DNA of 61,761 nucleotides, filler included, from Globobulimina sp. (lineage: Eukaryota): the NCBI GenBank assembly GCA_003354225.1. It is 23 parts of 23 records of this genome, joined end to end, with 100 filler letters (N's around TTAATTAATTAA, not from the genome) between each part and the next. Parts side by side here need not be neighbours in the genome. Positions count along the whole stretch, not along the records: positions 45,744 to 48,330 come from PIVH01005847.1; positions 48,431 to 51,017 come from PIVH01005848.1; positions 51,118 to 53,703 come from PIVH01005849.1; positions 53,804 to 56,389 come from PIVH01005850.1; positions 56,490 to 59,075 come from PIVH01005851.1; positions 59,176 to 61,761 come from PIVH01005852.1; 17 more parts are not named here. One strand, given 5' to 3'. The notes beneath the pieces were generated by a model. It saw only the letters and a list, made by a program, of their open reading frames with translations. It searched no databases and had not been told where the DNA came from. Positions 47,315 through 59,185 of the stretch are shown here, in pieces; positions within the stretch are counted from its first letter, which is position 1, and the number at the start of each line of letters is the position of its first letter. Made by a program: the position numbers and the translations under genes.

Positions 47315-48175
47315 TCAACTTTGTAGATGGCTGTTACTATTCTCATCAATCAATGGCGGCGGCAGTAGATTGACGTCATTTGAACTTTGTTGAATATTAA
47401 AACTTGAATTTATTGTCGGCATTAAACCTTCACAGTTATCATTACTATCCATCATATTATTTTCATTTTGTTGTTGTTTTGTGGATAAAATTGGATTTGG
47501 ATTTATATTTGGCATATTCATAAAATTAAAATGATGATTGGGCGTAATTGGTATTGGTGTGAGAGGCGGTAAATGTTGCAAATGGTGCACATTCAATGGC
47601 GATATTCCAGATAAATGATGTGGATGCGGATGATAAACAGGATGCGGATGGGGATGGCCATAATATTCTGGATGATATACAGGCGATCTATTATTTACAT
47701 CTTTTGGTTTCTGATTGGGATTATTTTTATTATGCTGACTGTTGAGTATATCCTCATCGTTGTCAGATAACTCTGGCGGTGGTTTCCTTGTTCTTACGTT
47801 ACAAAACCACCTCGAAACCTGGTACTTGGTCAAGCCGGTTAGCTGACACATTAAATGTTTCTCTGACGATGACGGATACGGATTATTTGTATGTGTTTCG
47901 TACCAATCACGTAACACTCTGACATTATATTCACTGAATTTTGGTTTCTTTACTCTTTTCGCCGATGTTGTTGCGGTTTTGTTTTCTTTCTTGTCGTCTG
48001 ATTTATTATTTTCTTCTGATTGGCTCTTACTTGAATTGGTGTCCTCATTTTGTGTACTTTGCTGTGAATGCGACAAAGGAGTCTGCTGTCGTTGATGACT
48101 GATGTTCCGCGCAAATGGATTCATTGCAAGTGCGGTATTTGAAATCATCCACGAATTTTGTTGCGGTCTCGACAT
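47315..48175 (-). CDS. TALE-class homeodomain transcription factor
   Basis: LRDWYETHTNNPYPS..EK..M...TGLT..QVSRWFCNVRTRK, with His/Pro- and Asn-rich tails. Confidence 0.92.
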   Translation of the reverse strand: MSRPQQNSWMISNTALAMNPFARNISHQRQQTPLSHSQQSTQNEDTNSSKSQSEENNKSDDKKENKTATTSAKRVKKPKFSEYNVRVLRDWYETHTNNPYPSSSEKHLMCQLTGLTKYQVSRWFCNVRTRKPPPELSDNDEDILNSQHNKNNPNQKPKDVNNRSPVYHPEYYGHPHPHPVYHPHPHHLSGISPLNVHHLQHLPPLTPIPITPNHHFNFMNMPNINPNPILSTKQQQNENNMMDSNDNCEGLMPTINSSFNIQQSSNDVNLLPPPLIDENSNSHLQS

Positions 48176-48430
48176 TTCTAAATACGTTAAAAATAATTTC
48201 TTCTCTTGAACCTTTGCCTCAATCGCTGCAATTTTAACAGTCAATTTTCTTTTTTGTTGAGTGAGTAAATTCGAGTGACGCGTTTGTTCAATTTTTTGTT
48301 TATATTGTTGATAAATGGCCTGTCGAGCAANNNNNNNNNNNNNNNNNNNNNNNNNNNNNNNNNNNNNNNNNNNNTTAATTAATTAANNNNNNNNNNNNNN
48401 NNNNNNNNNNNNNNNNNNNNNNNNNNNNNN

Positions 48431-48537
48431 GGTATTATTATATGTATATTATGGTATTTATTATGGGTATTATTATTATTTATTATGGGTATTTATTATG
48501 GTATTTATTATGGTATTTATTGGGTATTTATTGGGGA
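48431..48537 (+). repeat. Degenerate tandem repeat (GGTATTTATTAT)n at the contig end
   Basis: About 7 imperfect units. Confidence 0.8.
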
Positions 48538-48911
48538 TAAATATGACATTACAAACATCGAACCATGTGCCCTCTGAGATATATTTTAATAATCATGTCA
48601 GTCGGGTTTGCACTGTTTGTGGTCATTGGTGGAGCAAAAGAGGTATTAATATGAATTAATTGTGCATCGCAAACGTGCAATATTTACATAACAGAAAAAC
48701 AGGAAATGGTACGAGACATTGTGGGATTTTGCACGGCACAAAACGACTACAGCCAATACTGCGTAGACACTCGGCAGAGACCCAGCAATTTTATACGCGA
48801 ATTGAAGCACGTTGACCGCCTGAAAGAATACCCCAAACTGCGGAATCTCAAGTTGATGCAGTCCAAAAACGAGGCTTTGCGCAAAATCAGTTGGTTGACG
48901 CCGCCCTTTTA

Positions 48912-50719
48912 CGTCAATTCGCACAGTACATCTAAAGCGCAACATCAGTATCAAGATTGCAGATTACTTCTCCTTTCCGACATGGACACAACACATAAAT
49001 ATAATATATGCCATCGGCAACTCCGACTCATTCACGTCCAGCACAACTAATATGGGGCCGGGCGGAACTACGCAATTATTGCTCGCAAACCGATTAAGCA
49101 ACAATTTAACTGTCAGCACCACTCGATTGGGCGCAGAAATTACATTGAACAGCATTGCTATCTATGCGGATCAAGATGTCATTCAATTAAATATCACTGG
49201 TCCCAGCGATGTGTATTTTGGAATCGGATTTAATTCGACAGCAATGGGTCCGAGCACATATACCATCATTTGTGATATATCCAACTGTCACGAAAACCAG
49301 CTGACAGGACACAGCTATGGCAACTCGTTAACTTCCACCACCAAAGTTGTACATAACAGCACTGTCAATGGTCAAAAAACTATACTTCTAAATCGAAAGC
49401 GGCAGATTACCCCAGTTGACACGGCCGACTTTGCCAAATATTTTGAGTTCCCAACAGTGGCCAGCAGCATACCGGTGATCTATGCGATTGGTGGAAGTGG
49501 GACATGGTCGGAATACAATGCAATGAGTTTGGATATTGCTACGTATGGCAGTGCCACTATTGATATTATGAAACCACATAATTCTTCGAGTGGCTCCCTG
49601 TGTAAATCAGGTGTTGTTTATTATGGAACGCACGGCGATGTTGGCAATGGATTCCACATTGGATTGTATATCTATTGTCATCTAAAAACGATTCAGTTAT
49701 CTGTTGATTATAGCAAATATGCACCAAATTGGTTTGGCATCGTATTCAATACAATGATGGCACCGAGCTCCAACGCGACGGTGTTTACTACCGGCAAACC
49801 ATCGGAAAACCAACGAGTTGCTGGCTTATATTCGTATGATTTGGGCGGAGAAGAGGCGTCAAAGGTGACCTATCGCCGAGAAAGAGACTGGAAACGCTTA
49901 AAACAGACAGAAAATGGCAATCAAATATCAATATTGTATGAACAAAATTTGAGTAATACCAAATGGAGCACTGATACGACTGTAATAACTTTTCGATATG
50001 CATTTGGTACTTCAGCTCAAGGCACAAAGTTACAGCGACACACCACATCGTCGTACAGTGACGTATGGGAATTCAATTTAGAAACAGGAAGGATATCTTC
50101 CTCCGCATCAAATATTATGCAGATTGCTCACGGCATTATTATGGTGATAGCCTGGTCATTGTTGACAAGCATTGCCATATTTTCAAGTAGATATCGAACG
50201 GTGCTGTATCGAAAAGCAAATAGCAGAGCAATGTGGTTTTTTGTGCATCGTGGCATCCAAAGCAGTGTAGTTGTTTTCGTATTGGTTGCTTTTGGCGTTG
50301 CTATCTATTTTACACAGGACAATGGAGAGCTACATTTTTCCAATGTACATGAACGCATTGGATTAGTTGTGGTGATTTTGGCAATATTACAACCGGTAAA
50401 TGCATGGTTTAGACCTCATGCAGCAAAGCAAGGACGCAACAGATCGGTTGGCAGATTGTTATGGGAGATTATACATAAATGTTCTGGTTATGCCACATGG
50501 ATATTAGCACAAATTGCAATCTATTTCGGTATTGGACAATTAACAGAGAAAACTATTTACAAAAATATATTTATTATCTGGCTCGCAGTTGTTTTTGCTC
50601 TATTTGTTTTTTTATATGTTTACGATTCATTATACAGCCAAAAAAGTCAAGAAATTGAAAAAAGTCAAAAAAGGAATGCAGGTCAGAATTATATTGCTGC
50701 TGATCAGACATTCCGATAA
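48912..50719 (+). CDS. Multi-DOMON plus cytochrome b561 protein (FRRS1/SDR2-like), 5' truncated
   Basis: DOMON motifs YFGIGFN..AM and WFGIVFN..M. b561 histidines in AHGIIM, WFFVHR, HERIG, LQP, W..IHK. The frame extends upstream (SIRTVHLKR..YFSFPTW..IIYAIG) to a stop near 48896. Confidence 0.88.
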
Positions 50720-50801
50720 CTTTTGAGTGTTTGATATATTTATTTCTTGCAAAAAAAAAAAGAGTTAAAAACCTTGAGCTCCTCATCACGGATTGACACG
50801 A

Positions 50802-51017
50802 ATGAACTTGTACGGCGTTTTGTGTGTAGATGAGAATGCGTCTATAGATAATCTGAAACAAGCGTATCATCGGCTTGCGTTGAAGCATCATCCAGATCGG
50901 AATAAAAAACATAAAAGCAATGAGAATGAATTATTCCTTCAAATCCAAGAAGCGTGGGAGCTATTAAGAGATCAAAATAAACGCAAACTGTATGATCAAC
51001 AATTAAAGAAACAGAAA
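50802..51017 (+). CDS. J-domain (DnaJ) protein, 3' truncated
   Basis: LYGVL...LKQAYHRLALKHHPDR...FLQIQEAWELL...RKLYD. Confidence 0.93.
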
Positions 51018-51117
51018 NNNNNNNNNNNNNNNNNNNNNNNNNNNNNNNNNNNNNNNNNNNNTTAATTAATTAANNNNNNNNNNNNNNNNNNNNNNNNNNN
51101 NNNNNNNNNNNNNNNNN

Positions 51118-53703
51118 TCGTTACAGCTGAATAGTGAGAATATGAATGCTGAGATGCCAACCAGTCCCATCCCACACTATAAACATATACAACTACTGAC
51201 AGATCACAATAAGATATATAAAAATGAGGAGACTCATGACCATGGCCATGGTGCGGGAACCATTAAAGCCCTTAATGTGTTGGAGGAAATTAAGAAATTA
51301 TCCATATTAGCGAATCAATTGGATTTTACCAAATTAGTAAGTGACACTGGCATATCCTGCACAGAGCATTTTTTATTAATCATTGGAGTATTGATTACAT
51401 GGATATTTATAATATCTTATATCACGTTGGAAGTGAGTGAGGTGAAGAGACCACGCGAGATGCAGTTATTCATAGTTTCATCTGCGTTGGCGATCATATT
51501 TAATTTAGTATTAAATCCATTTTATTTTAAATCGTTTAGTTATAAATATGTACCAAATACTATACAACAATTATTTGCGAAAACACAACCAATGTTAATG
51601 GATAAAGGAAATATAAATATTGGTTTACGCATAAATCATAACATTGATAATGATCGATTAATAGACAATGAATCCAGCGATGGGTCGGATGATACCATTG
51701 TTGGTGCGACGGATGCAAAAAGCTCCAAAAAAATTTTATTTATCTGTTTAGTATGGTTGTTACGGATATTTGCATTAATTGCGGCATTGGCGCTTTCTTA
51801 TTTTATTTATTTGGATTTAGCAATAGAACAATATACAGAGTTTACGCGATATTGTATTGTATTATTGACCTTAGCCTTATTTGTCGGCAATTTACCATTA
51901 ATGGGACATTTTATGTTATATTTTCGCAACGTTTTTATCATTTATTATTTACTCGGTTGGATTATTGTATTTGGCGCAGAGTTTGTCTATTTCCATTTTG
52001 TGCGCCATGTTAAAGAACAAGATTTTGCCACATTTTTTATCATCAATATAATATTTCTGCTATTCCATATAATCGCCACCTTCTGGTGTTCCTATATGGT
52101 GAAACATCAGACCTTGTATGAGATTGATCCCATTTCCTTTCCAGGCAGTAACCATTATCGCATCTATTTTGCCAGAACAAGTATAACCAATATAATAACC
52201 TCTGATGGCTATGTGGCGAATGCCGTGGGTGTATCCAATACAACGCCCGTACCCTCTACGCATATGGCACATCCATTAAGACAACGACCGTACAGAACGG
52301 TAACATGTTGTTGCAGCAAATTAATCTGTGACAGTCATACTTTATTACGCTTTCAATCGTATGCATCGGCCATATCATTTTGGTCTTTCTTGGGCATTAT
52401 TTATACGATTGGCTTTGAATATGTCGTCTACGCATCGTGTGTATTCTTGTTAATTAATACGATATGGAATCCCTTATATTACAGTAAAGAAGTGATTGAT
52501 ATTCGCAATAAATTCGCACTGTGCTGTTCATTGAAGAGATGGTTTTATGAGTTGATGTTAACCTTTTCCTATGGCATCGGTTTGGTGTTAAATGCGGCCT
52601 GGTTTGCTTTTAGTATCAGTGCATTCATATTGTACGATGGCAAACAAATACAACATGCCACCATTATAAATATTATTATCTTTCTAGTGGCCACTTTAAT
52701 ATTTTTCTTACCGGCCATTGGTTATTCATTTTATCGCATACCGGTTTCCTATGCAATAGCAAACATATTTGGCGCCTTATTCTGCTTTTTCATACCGATT
52801 TGTATCTCCTTTAAACCACCAAATAATAATCAAATATTGCAAGACTGGTTCTTTATTTACAATGACCAGTATGATAACTTGCCAATGTATTTGGGCATCA
52901 TTGTGTGTGCGGTCGTGTTTTCATTATATTTGGTGTTTACAGGTGCGTCCTGTGTGGTGTATCGGTTACGGAAAGCTCTTGTGGAAAGAAAGAAATCCTA
53001 TTTCAAGAAAGAGTTCCCAATGAATATGATGATGTTTTGGTCCTTTTTACTATCCTTTGTTGTATTGACATTTAATTCTTTATGGGTCTTTGGTGATAAT
53101 TTCGGTGGTAATACGGACAGCGACAGATATGATTCGATATATATTATATCTAAATTAGTTTACGTTGTTACACTTGCTGTACAATGTTCGTCTTTGATGT
53201 ATGCCATATTTACATTGAAACACAAATTCGATGATAACCCACAATTAAAACCATATTTGCCATATATCAGCGATAAAATAAGGAATTCGTGCGGCTTCTG
53301 TTGTTACTTATTATTATTCCCTGTCATTTACTGCTGCTATCTAATATTTATTTTATTAATCTCTTTGTGTTTGGGTGTTACCAAATTGTTAACAATCCGA
53401 CAAGTTCGCGAATTTTGGTTATCATTTTTAATCGCAAACAATGGCCAACAAGAAAGCAAACCAAATGGTGGTTTACAAAGCGTAGCTACAAATTCTGAGT
53501 TAGTAACAACAAATTCAAATGCAAATGTGATTGAGGTTGAGGTAATGTCGTTGAATAAGCAGATAGATTTAGGTGAAATGCAACAGAATCCGACATCACC
53601 AAATACGGATTTCTTGCAACAAGAGAGTGATAGCTCAAATAATACGTATCGGCGCAATACAAATGGTAGCTATAGTTTGCATCATCGCGTTAGTTCATCC
53701 GTA
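51118..53703 (+). CDS. Large polytopic membrane protein of unknown function (partial)
   Basis: More than 850 aa with about 15 hydrophobic segments. Confidence 0.75.
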
Positions 53704-54018
53704 NNNNNNNNNNNNNNNNNNNNNNNNNNNNNNNNNNNNNNNNNNNNTTAATTAATTAANNNNNNNNNNNNNNNNNNNNNNNNNNNNNNNNNNNNNNNNN
53801 NNNGATTGCATGTTCGTATTGTCGTTTCGCAAAACTGGGTGTACCCAAATTTTTTAATTATGCATGTATTTTGATTAATATATTTGTAGCATTTAATATA
53901 TATATCGAGTGATTTCCAAAATGGTAGAGCTCAAATGTAAAATTATTAAGCCTTGCTTTTTTCAAAACCTTCAAATTAACACATCTTTCAGAGACTTTGA
54001 AATTGAGTAATTAACAAT

Positions 54019-54085
54019 GGTCGCATAGCTCAAGCAGAGCACTGAATTAATCCAGAAGATTCAGGTTCAAATCCTGAGGCGACAG
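54019..54085 (+). pseudogene. Degenerate tRNA gene or tRNA-derived element
   Basis: Acceptor GTCGC/GCGAC, D-arm GCTC/GAGC lacking GG, T-arm TCAGG-TTCAAAT-CCTGA. Anticodon arm is only 14 nt. Confidence 0.7.
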
Positions 54086-54938
54086 CGATATTGATATGAA
54101 ATATTTGGGAATTGAAATTAAAAATAGAATTATGCTGACTTATCAAATGGTTTTGGTGAATTATAATATAAATTTTATACGGATAGGTGTTTTGGTCAAA
54201 TATCAATCGTCGTTGACCAAAATACACGTTGTCGCCTTTAACTGACAGTAATTAGACTCGATATTTGGGTAATTCCTAATCGTGTTCTTTACAACTTTGT
54301 GTCTGACCGGTTCCTAATTCGACTTAGGCTGTCTCGACAATGTTATTTATGGATTGATATTTTTTATTAAAAATTGCAATGTGAATTGGTTTTTTTAGGT
54401 ATTCTGTATAATTTTTATCATTCAATTTATATTTAAATATAAAATAACAAACAGAACACGCGGATCGAGCTGCTTTTCGTCCAAAAAAAAAAGTTGTTAA
54501 ATTGGTATATTTTTTATTTTTTATGTAGTATTTTAGTAAATAAACAAAATAAAACAGAAAAATACGCAATAGAACATGGCGCTAAATATATAATTATTGT
54601 TAAGAAGTCTTTTTTTTTCTTTTTTTTTCTTCAAAACTTACTTTATTCTTAAATAGTTGCAGTACAATATCGAAATAATAAAGAAGCTGCTGATTTGGTT
54701 CTTGCTCATTGTTGCATAAATAATTAAATATCAAAACAGATCCAATTGTTTTAGCATGTTTTTATGTTGGATCGCGCTAGATTTCTTTCTAGATGTTACA
54801 TTTAAAAAAAACTGTAGTAAGTAAGCTGTAAATTAAATCATGTCTGACAGCTGGAGAAGAAACAAACAGACAGAAATAAATGAGATAAGTTTTGATTATT
54901 ATGTTTTTGTTTTGTTTGGTGTGTTTTGAATGTAAAAA

Positions 54939-56389
54939 ATGGCCAAATCACAGGAAAAGCCGCGTGAACAAGAAAGAAACAAAGAGCCCGAAAAATGCAG
55001 ATTTAATTTTCAAACTAAACTGCGATCGCTATCGCATATAACCAAATCTATCCCATCCAAATTGAAACACCAATTGAATGATATCAAAAGTGGTAAATCG
55101 TTGTCGTTGTATTCAAAGAGCGAAAGCTTCCACGCGAATGAGGCTGAGATTGAAAAAAGTGGTAAAAATATTGAAAGCAAAAGCAAAAATGAGAGCAAAC
55201 TGCAAAATATCGATCAAGAGTTGCAACCATTGCGGCGTTCATGGACAATGGACGAGTTATTGCCGAGCGCACATTCCCATTCACAGAGTCATCGCCACAT
55301 TTTGTCATTGTCGCAGCGGCCCTGTTTCGGCTTTGATATCGGCGGCTCGCTGACCAAAATCTCCTTTTTCGAGCCGCACAAAACGCAGTCTCGCTGGAAC
55401 ATGCACGATAGGGTCAAGACGGAGTTCGTGACTTCGTCGACCAAGTACGGCAGCTCCGGCATCCGCGACATGGACCTGTCCTTTCCGTGGAGGAACGGCA
55501 CCTTTCACTTCATCCATTTTCAGACGCACCGCATGGCGGAAGCCGTCAACTTGTGGCGGACTGAGAATTTGCTGCAGAAAAACGAAACCTTTTATGCGAC
55601 GGGAGGCGGCGCGCACAAATATTCGCAGTATTTCCACGAGAAATTGTCGGTGCGCGTCAAGAAAGGCGACGAGTTAAAATGTTTGATCTCGGGCTTGAAC
55701 TTCCTATTAAACCATGTGTCGGATGAATGCTATTATTTATCTGAGCCGGCCTCGAAACAGCCTTCGCCCAAAATATCATTGGATATAAAGAAAGAAGGCT
55801 CGGTGTTCCCCTATGTTTTGGTGAATATCGGCTCGGGAGTCAGCATATTGAGAGTCGACTCTCCGACGCAGTTCGAGCGAGTCAGCGGTTCGCAGATTGG
55901 CGGCGGCACTTATTGGGGTTTATGCCGTTTGTGCTCCTATTCGTGCAACAAGAACGAGCAAGAACTGACATTCCAAAAAGCATTCGAGTTGGCGATGAAA
56001 GGCGACGCCACAAAAGTCAACATGCTGGTTTCTGATATTTATGGCGGCGACTATCCGCAGTTCAATCTGCCCGGAGATTTGGTGGCGTCCGCCTTTGGGA
56101 AATGTATCTCGATTAAGAACCCCTCGCAGGAGTTGGCGATGGGGGACATTGCGCGAGGTTTATTGGATGTGATTGCGATGAATTGCGCGCAATTGGCGTA
56201 TTTGAACGCGATGCGGTTTAAGATTACGCGCATTCTGTTTGCGGGCAATTTTTTGCGGCAAAATGATTTGTCGATGGCGATGATCTCGTACGCCATTCAT
56301 TATTGGTCGCAAGGCGTCATCAAAGCGTGTTTCCTCAAACATGAGGGATATTTTGGCTCCATCGGCGTGATGCTGCTGCCTGACAATGA
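54939..56389 (+). CDS. PANK: Type II (eukaryotic) pantothenate kinase, 3' truncated
   Basis: FDIGGSLTK, ATGGGAHK, DEL.CLI.GL, VNIGSGVSIL, GGGTYWGL, DIYGGDY, ASAFGK, F.GNF.R, HEGYFG. Confidence 0.97.
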
Positions 56390-56842
56390 NNNNNNNNNNN
56401 NNNNNNNNNNNNNNNNNNNNNNNNNNNNNNNNNTTAATTAATTAANNNNNNNNNNNNNNNNNNNNNNNNNNNNNNNNNNNNNNNNNNNNCTTCGAAATAG
56501 CCTTCAAGATACCCTTAAAGCACTTCCCTATATACTCGGTTACAACCTTATGCAAGCCGGAGGGAAACCTGATGATGTTATTGGTGCTTATTCTCATATT
56601 TTCTATATATGACATTGAAGAAACGTATAATAGAGTTTTTCTGCTAAGCTTTTTCTCGTCCATTGTTTCCATGTTCTATTTGCCACTTGTCTATTTGTTT
56701 GTCTTTGTAACACTTTGAGAGAACGGAAAGATGCCATGCTCAGTTCACGTGAAAACTAGTAAACAAAATATCATCAATCATCAATCATCACTATCAAGAG
56801 TCACTAGTAAACGAAATAAATATCAAGATTCAAAATTAGAAT

Positions 56843-58021
56843 TTACTCATACATTTTACATTCACGATCACCTTCATGTCCAACACATTGATTTGACGGC
56901 AAATCGTGCTCAATGTCACCATCCGCAGCAACACAGCAACGAATTGTTTCAGGATCTACGCTAACTTTAAACGGATTGACAGCTTTCCAAAAACGCGACG
57001 TATCTCTGCGCATATTTGTATCCATATACTCCGACACCCTTTGCTTCATATCACATAAAATGTGATGATGTGTGAATTTTGTTTTTGTAATAAACGATGT
57101 TCCCAATGTACGACCCACATAAAACAATTGTTTTGGTTCAACATCTTCATTTTTCCAATTGGTTGTCCATCCTTTCATGCTTGAATGCGCAAACTTTATT
57201 CCTCCGACAATGACACCTCTGCTTAACTTATTGACAAACATCTGCGCAGTGCAAACAATGGGATATTCAAAGCTATGCGTTGCCTGCCAGACGCTCATGT
57301 TCTCATCAATAGTTTGCAAATTTGCTTGTAAGTTGCCTACGAATTCTGCATTGTAATCATATTCCACTTTGTTGCCAACTTTCTTTTCAGTAATCATTGA
57401 TGATACTAATTTATCCATTGCTGCAGCTGACGATATATTTGCTGTTAATGATGCTTTGGTATGATGCTGCGAATGATGTCCAATCAGTGGGTCAAGTTTC
57501 GTGTATTTAATATCAAACATATCTTTTGGTTGACCTCCTGCGTCCATAGAGGTTGCTGAAATGAATGCGTTAACAATGTTATCTGATAATTGTGGACCAG
57601 TTTGATCTACAAAATCCAGGTAACTCCATTTGGTAACAAGTGTCATGTTTATTTGTGCTTTTGCGTGCTGCAAATCAATTGGTTTTACATTGATGGAGCC
57701 CAATACCATGAATGTTACAATGGATGTAATAACAGTTAAAAACAATCCGATACAAATTATACAACAAACAAGTGTATAAATGTGGCTTTGACTTTCATCA
57801 TCCTGCGAATAATTAGAACGCTTAATATCAATACTCATTGATGATGATGCTGATTCATGTGTTATTTCTTTCATTTTTATCTCTGACGTTTTCTTTGAAC
57901 CGTCACTCAATTCCTTCATTGCTTGATCCAATTGATTATAACGATGCGGCTGCGCAACTGACGCCGTTTGTTTCTTTAATAAGGTTTTTCGTTCAGAATC
58001 CATTTTGACGATATCATTCAT
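56843..58021 (-). CDS. Type II single-pass membrane protein, hypothetical
   Basis: 392 aa with one TM helix near residues 82-108 and a Cys-containing C-terminus. Confidence 0.7.
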   Translation of the reverse strand: MNDIVKMDSERKTLLKKQTASVAQPHRYNQLDQAMKELSDGSKKTSEIKMKEITHESASSSMSIDIKRSNYSQDDESQSHIYTLVCCIICIGLFLTVITSIVTFMVLGSINVKPIDLQHAKAQINMTLVTKWSYLDFVDQTGPQLSDNIVNAFISATSMDAGGQPKDMFDIKYTKLDPLIGHHSQHHTKASLTANISSAAAMDKLVSSMITEKKVGNKVEYDYNAEFVGNLQANLQTIDENMSVWQATHSFEYPIVCTAQMFVNKLSRGVIVGGIKFAHSSMKGWTTNWKNEDVEPKQLFYVGRTLGTSFITKTKFTHHHILCDMKQRVSEYMDTNMRRDTSRFWKAVNPFKVSVDPETIRCCVAADGDIEHDLPSNQCVGHEGDRECKMYE

Positions 58022-58349
58022 AGCAAACGCTGAAATTCTATAAATAATTTCCTATTTTTAGTAATCATAATTCATAATTCTTTTTTGGTGCTACGAATCA
58101 ATATGTATTCTGTAACTACAGTGTTGGTATCTGTTTCATCTTATTATTTATTGATTGCACAGAGTAAGAACTGAACAATGAAGACACAAACTCCATTTAG
58201 CAAATGCACCCAGCTGTTATAGCACTAGAAAAGTTTTCTTACATTTTCATCACCAAAACTTCATCCTTGACCTTTATTCTTCACTTTTTTACTATTCGTC
58301 CCGTTTTTAAATTAATATTCGCATTTATTACAAATATTTATTAATAACT

Positions 58350-58898
58350 ATGTCATTAGAATTTGAGTCAGAATTAGATGAATATTTATCTTCTTTGACA
58401 CGCATTAAACAAACCGTTGAATACGAACGAAAATCAGAACAACAAATTAAAGATCAAGCTATGATGAGTTCATTAGTGCGTAAAGCTCATTGCAGTGAAG
58501 TTATGCGAATAGAGATGGCGGTGTTGTTTGATAATGAAATGAGTGGTTTTGAGTCTTGCGATGAATCTTGTGGTTCAGAGAGTGGTTCGTCATTAGCAGA
58601 TCCATTGCATGACGATGATTTCTCATGTTTTGATGATACCGATATTGATGCATCCACAACTACCGCAACTACCGCAACTATATATTTCTGTGGCAATGAT
58701 GATGATTCATATTGGTTAGAAACCCAAATTCAGCAGAAACCAAGGATTGATATGATATTTAATGGCTTGCTAATTGGTAAAATATGCACACCAAAATATA
58801 AAAAAACCTGTGTTAAGAAATCTCGTGATCCTAATGTTTCTTTTGCAAATATTGGAGCAGATTATGTATGTGGCCATGGCGTTGGATATTATTTTTAA
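58350..58898 (+). CDS. Small acidic hypothetical protein
   Basis: 182-aa ATG-initiated ORF with AT-rich flanks. Confidence 0.55.
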   Translation: MSLEFESELDEYLSSLTRIKQTVEYERKSEQQIKDQAMMSSLVRKAHCSEVMRIEMAVLFDNEMSGFESCDESCGSESGSSLADPLHDDDFSCFDDTDIDASTTTATTATIYFCGNDDDSYWLETQIQQKPRIDMIFNGLLIGKICTPKYKKTCVKKSRDPNVSFANIGADYVCGHGVGYYF

Positions 58899-59185
58899 TT
58901 TGTTTCCTTTCTTTCATTTCTTTCATTTCAGTGTATATTTTCAATTTTTATTTACGAATTTTACCATACTTTTTTTTATGTTGTGTTTGTTGTGTTTTGT
59001 GACATTTTTGTTGTTGTATAATGTATTTAAATCATTTTCGTTTAATATTAAATATTGAATGTCGTTATTAAAATTNNNNNNNNNNNNNNNNNNNNNNNNN
59101 NNNNNNNNNNNNNNNNNNNTTAATTAATTAANNNNNNNNNNNNNNNNNNNNNNNNNNNNNNNNNNNNNNNNNNNNAATCATATCT

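Noticed and set aside
48431-48537. Telomeric repeat at the contig end
   Set aside because: The G-containing strand is on top at a left end (wrong polarity) and the units are irregular.
2594-59175. Periodic TTAATTAATTAA palindromes and apparent gene clusters across them
   Set aside because: These are artificial linkers between size-sorted contigs; adjacency has no biological meaning.
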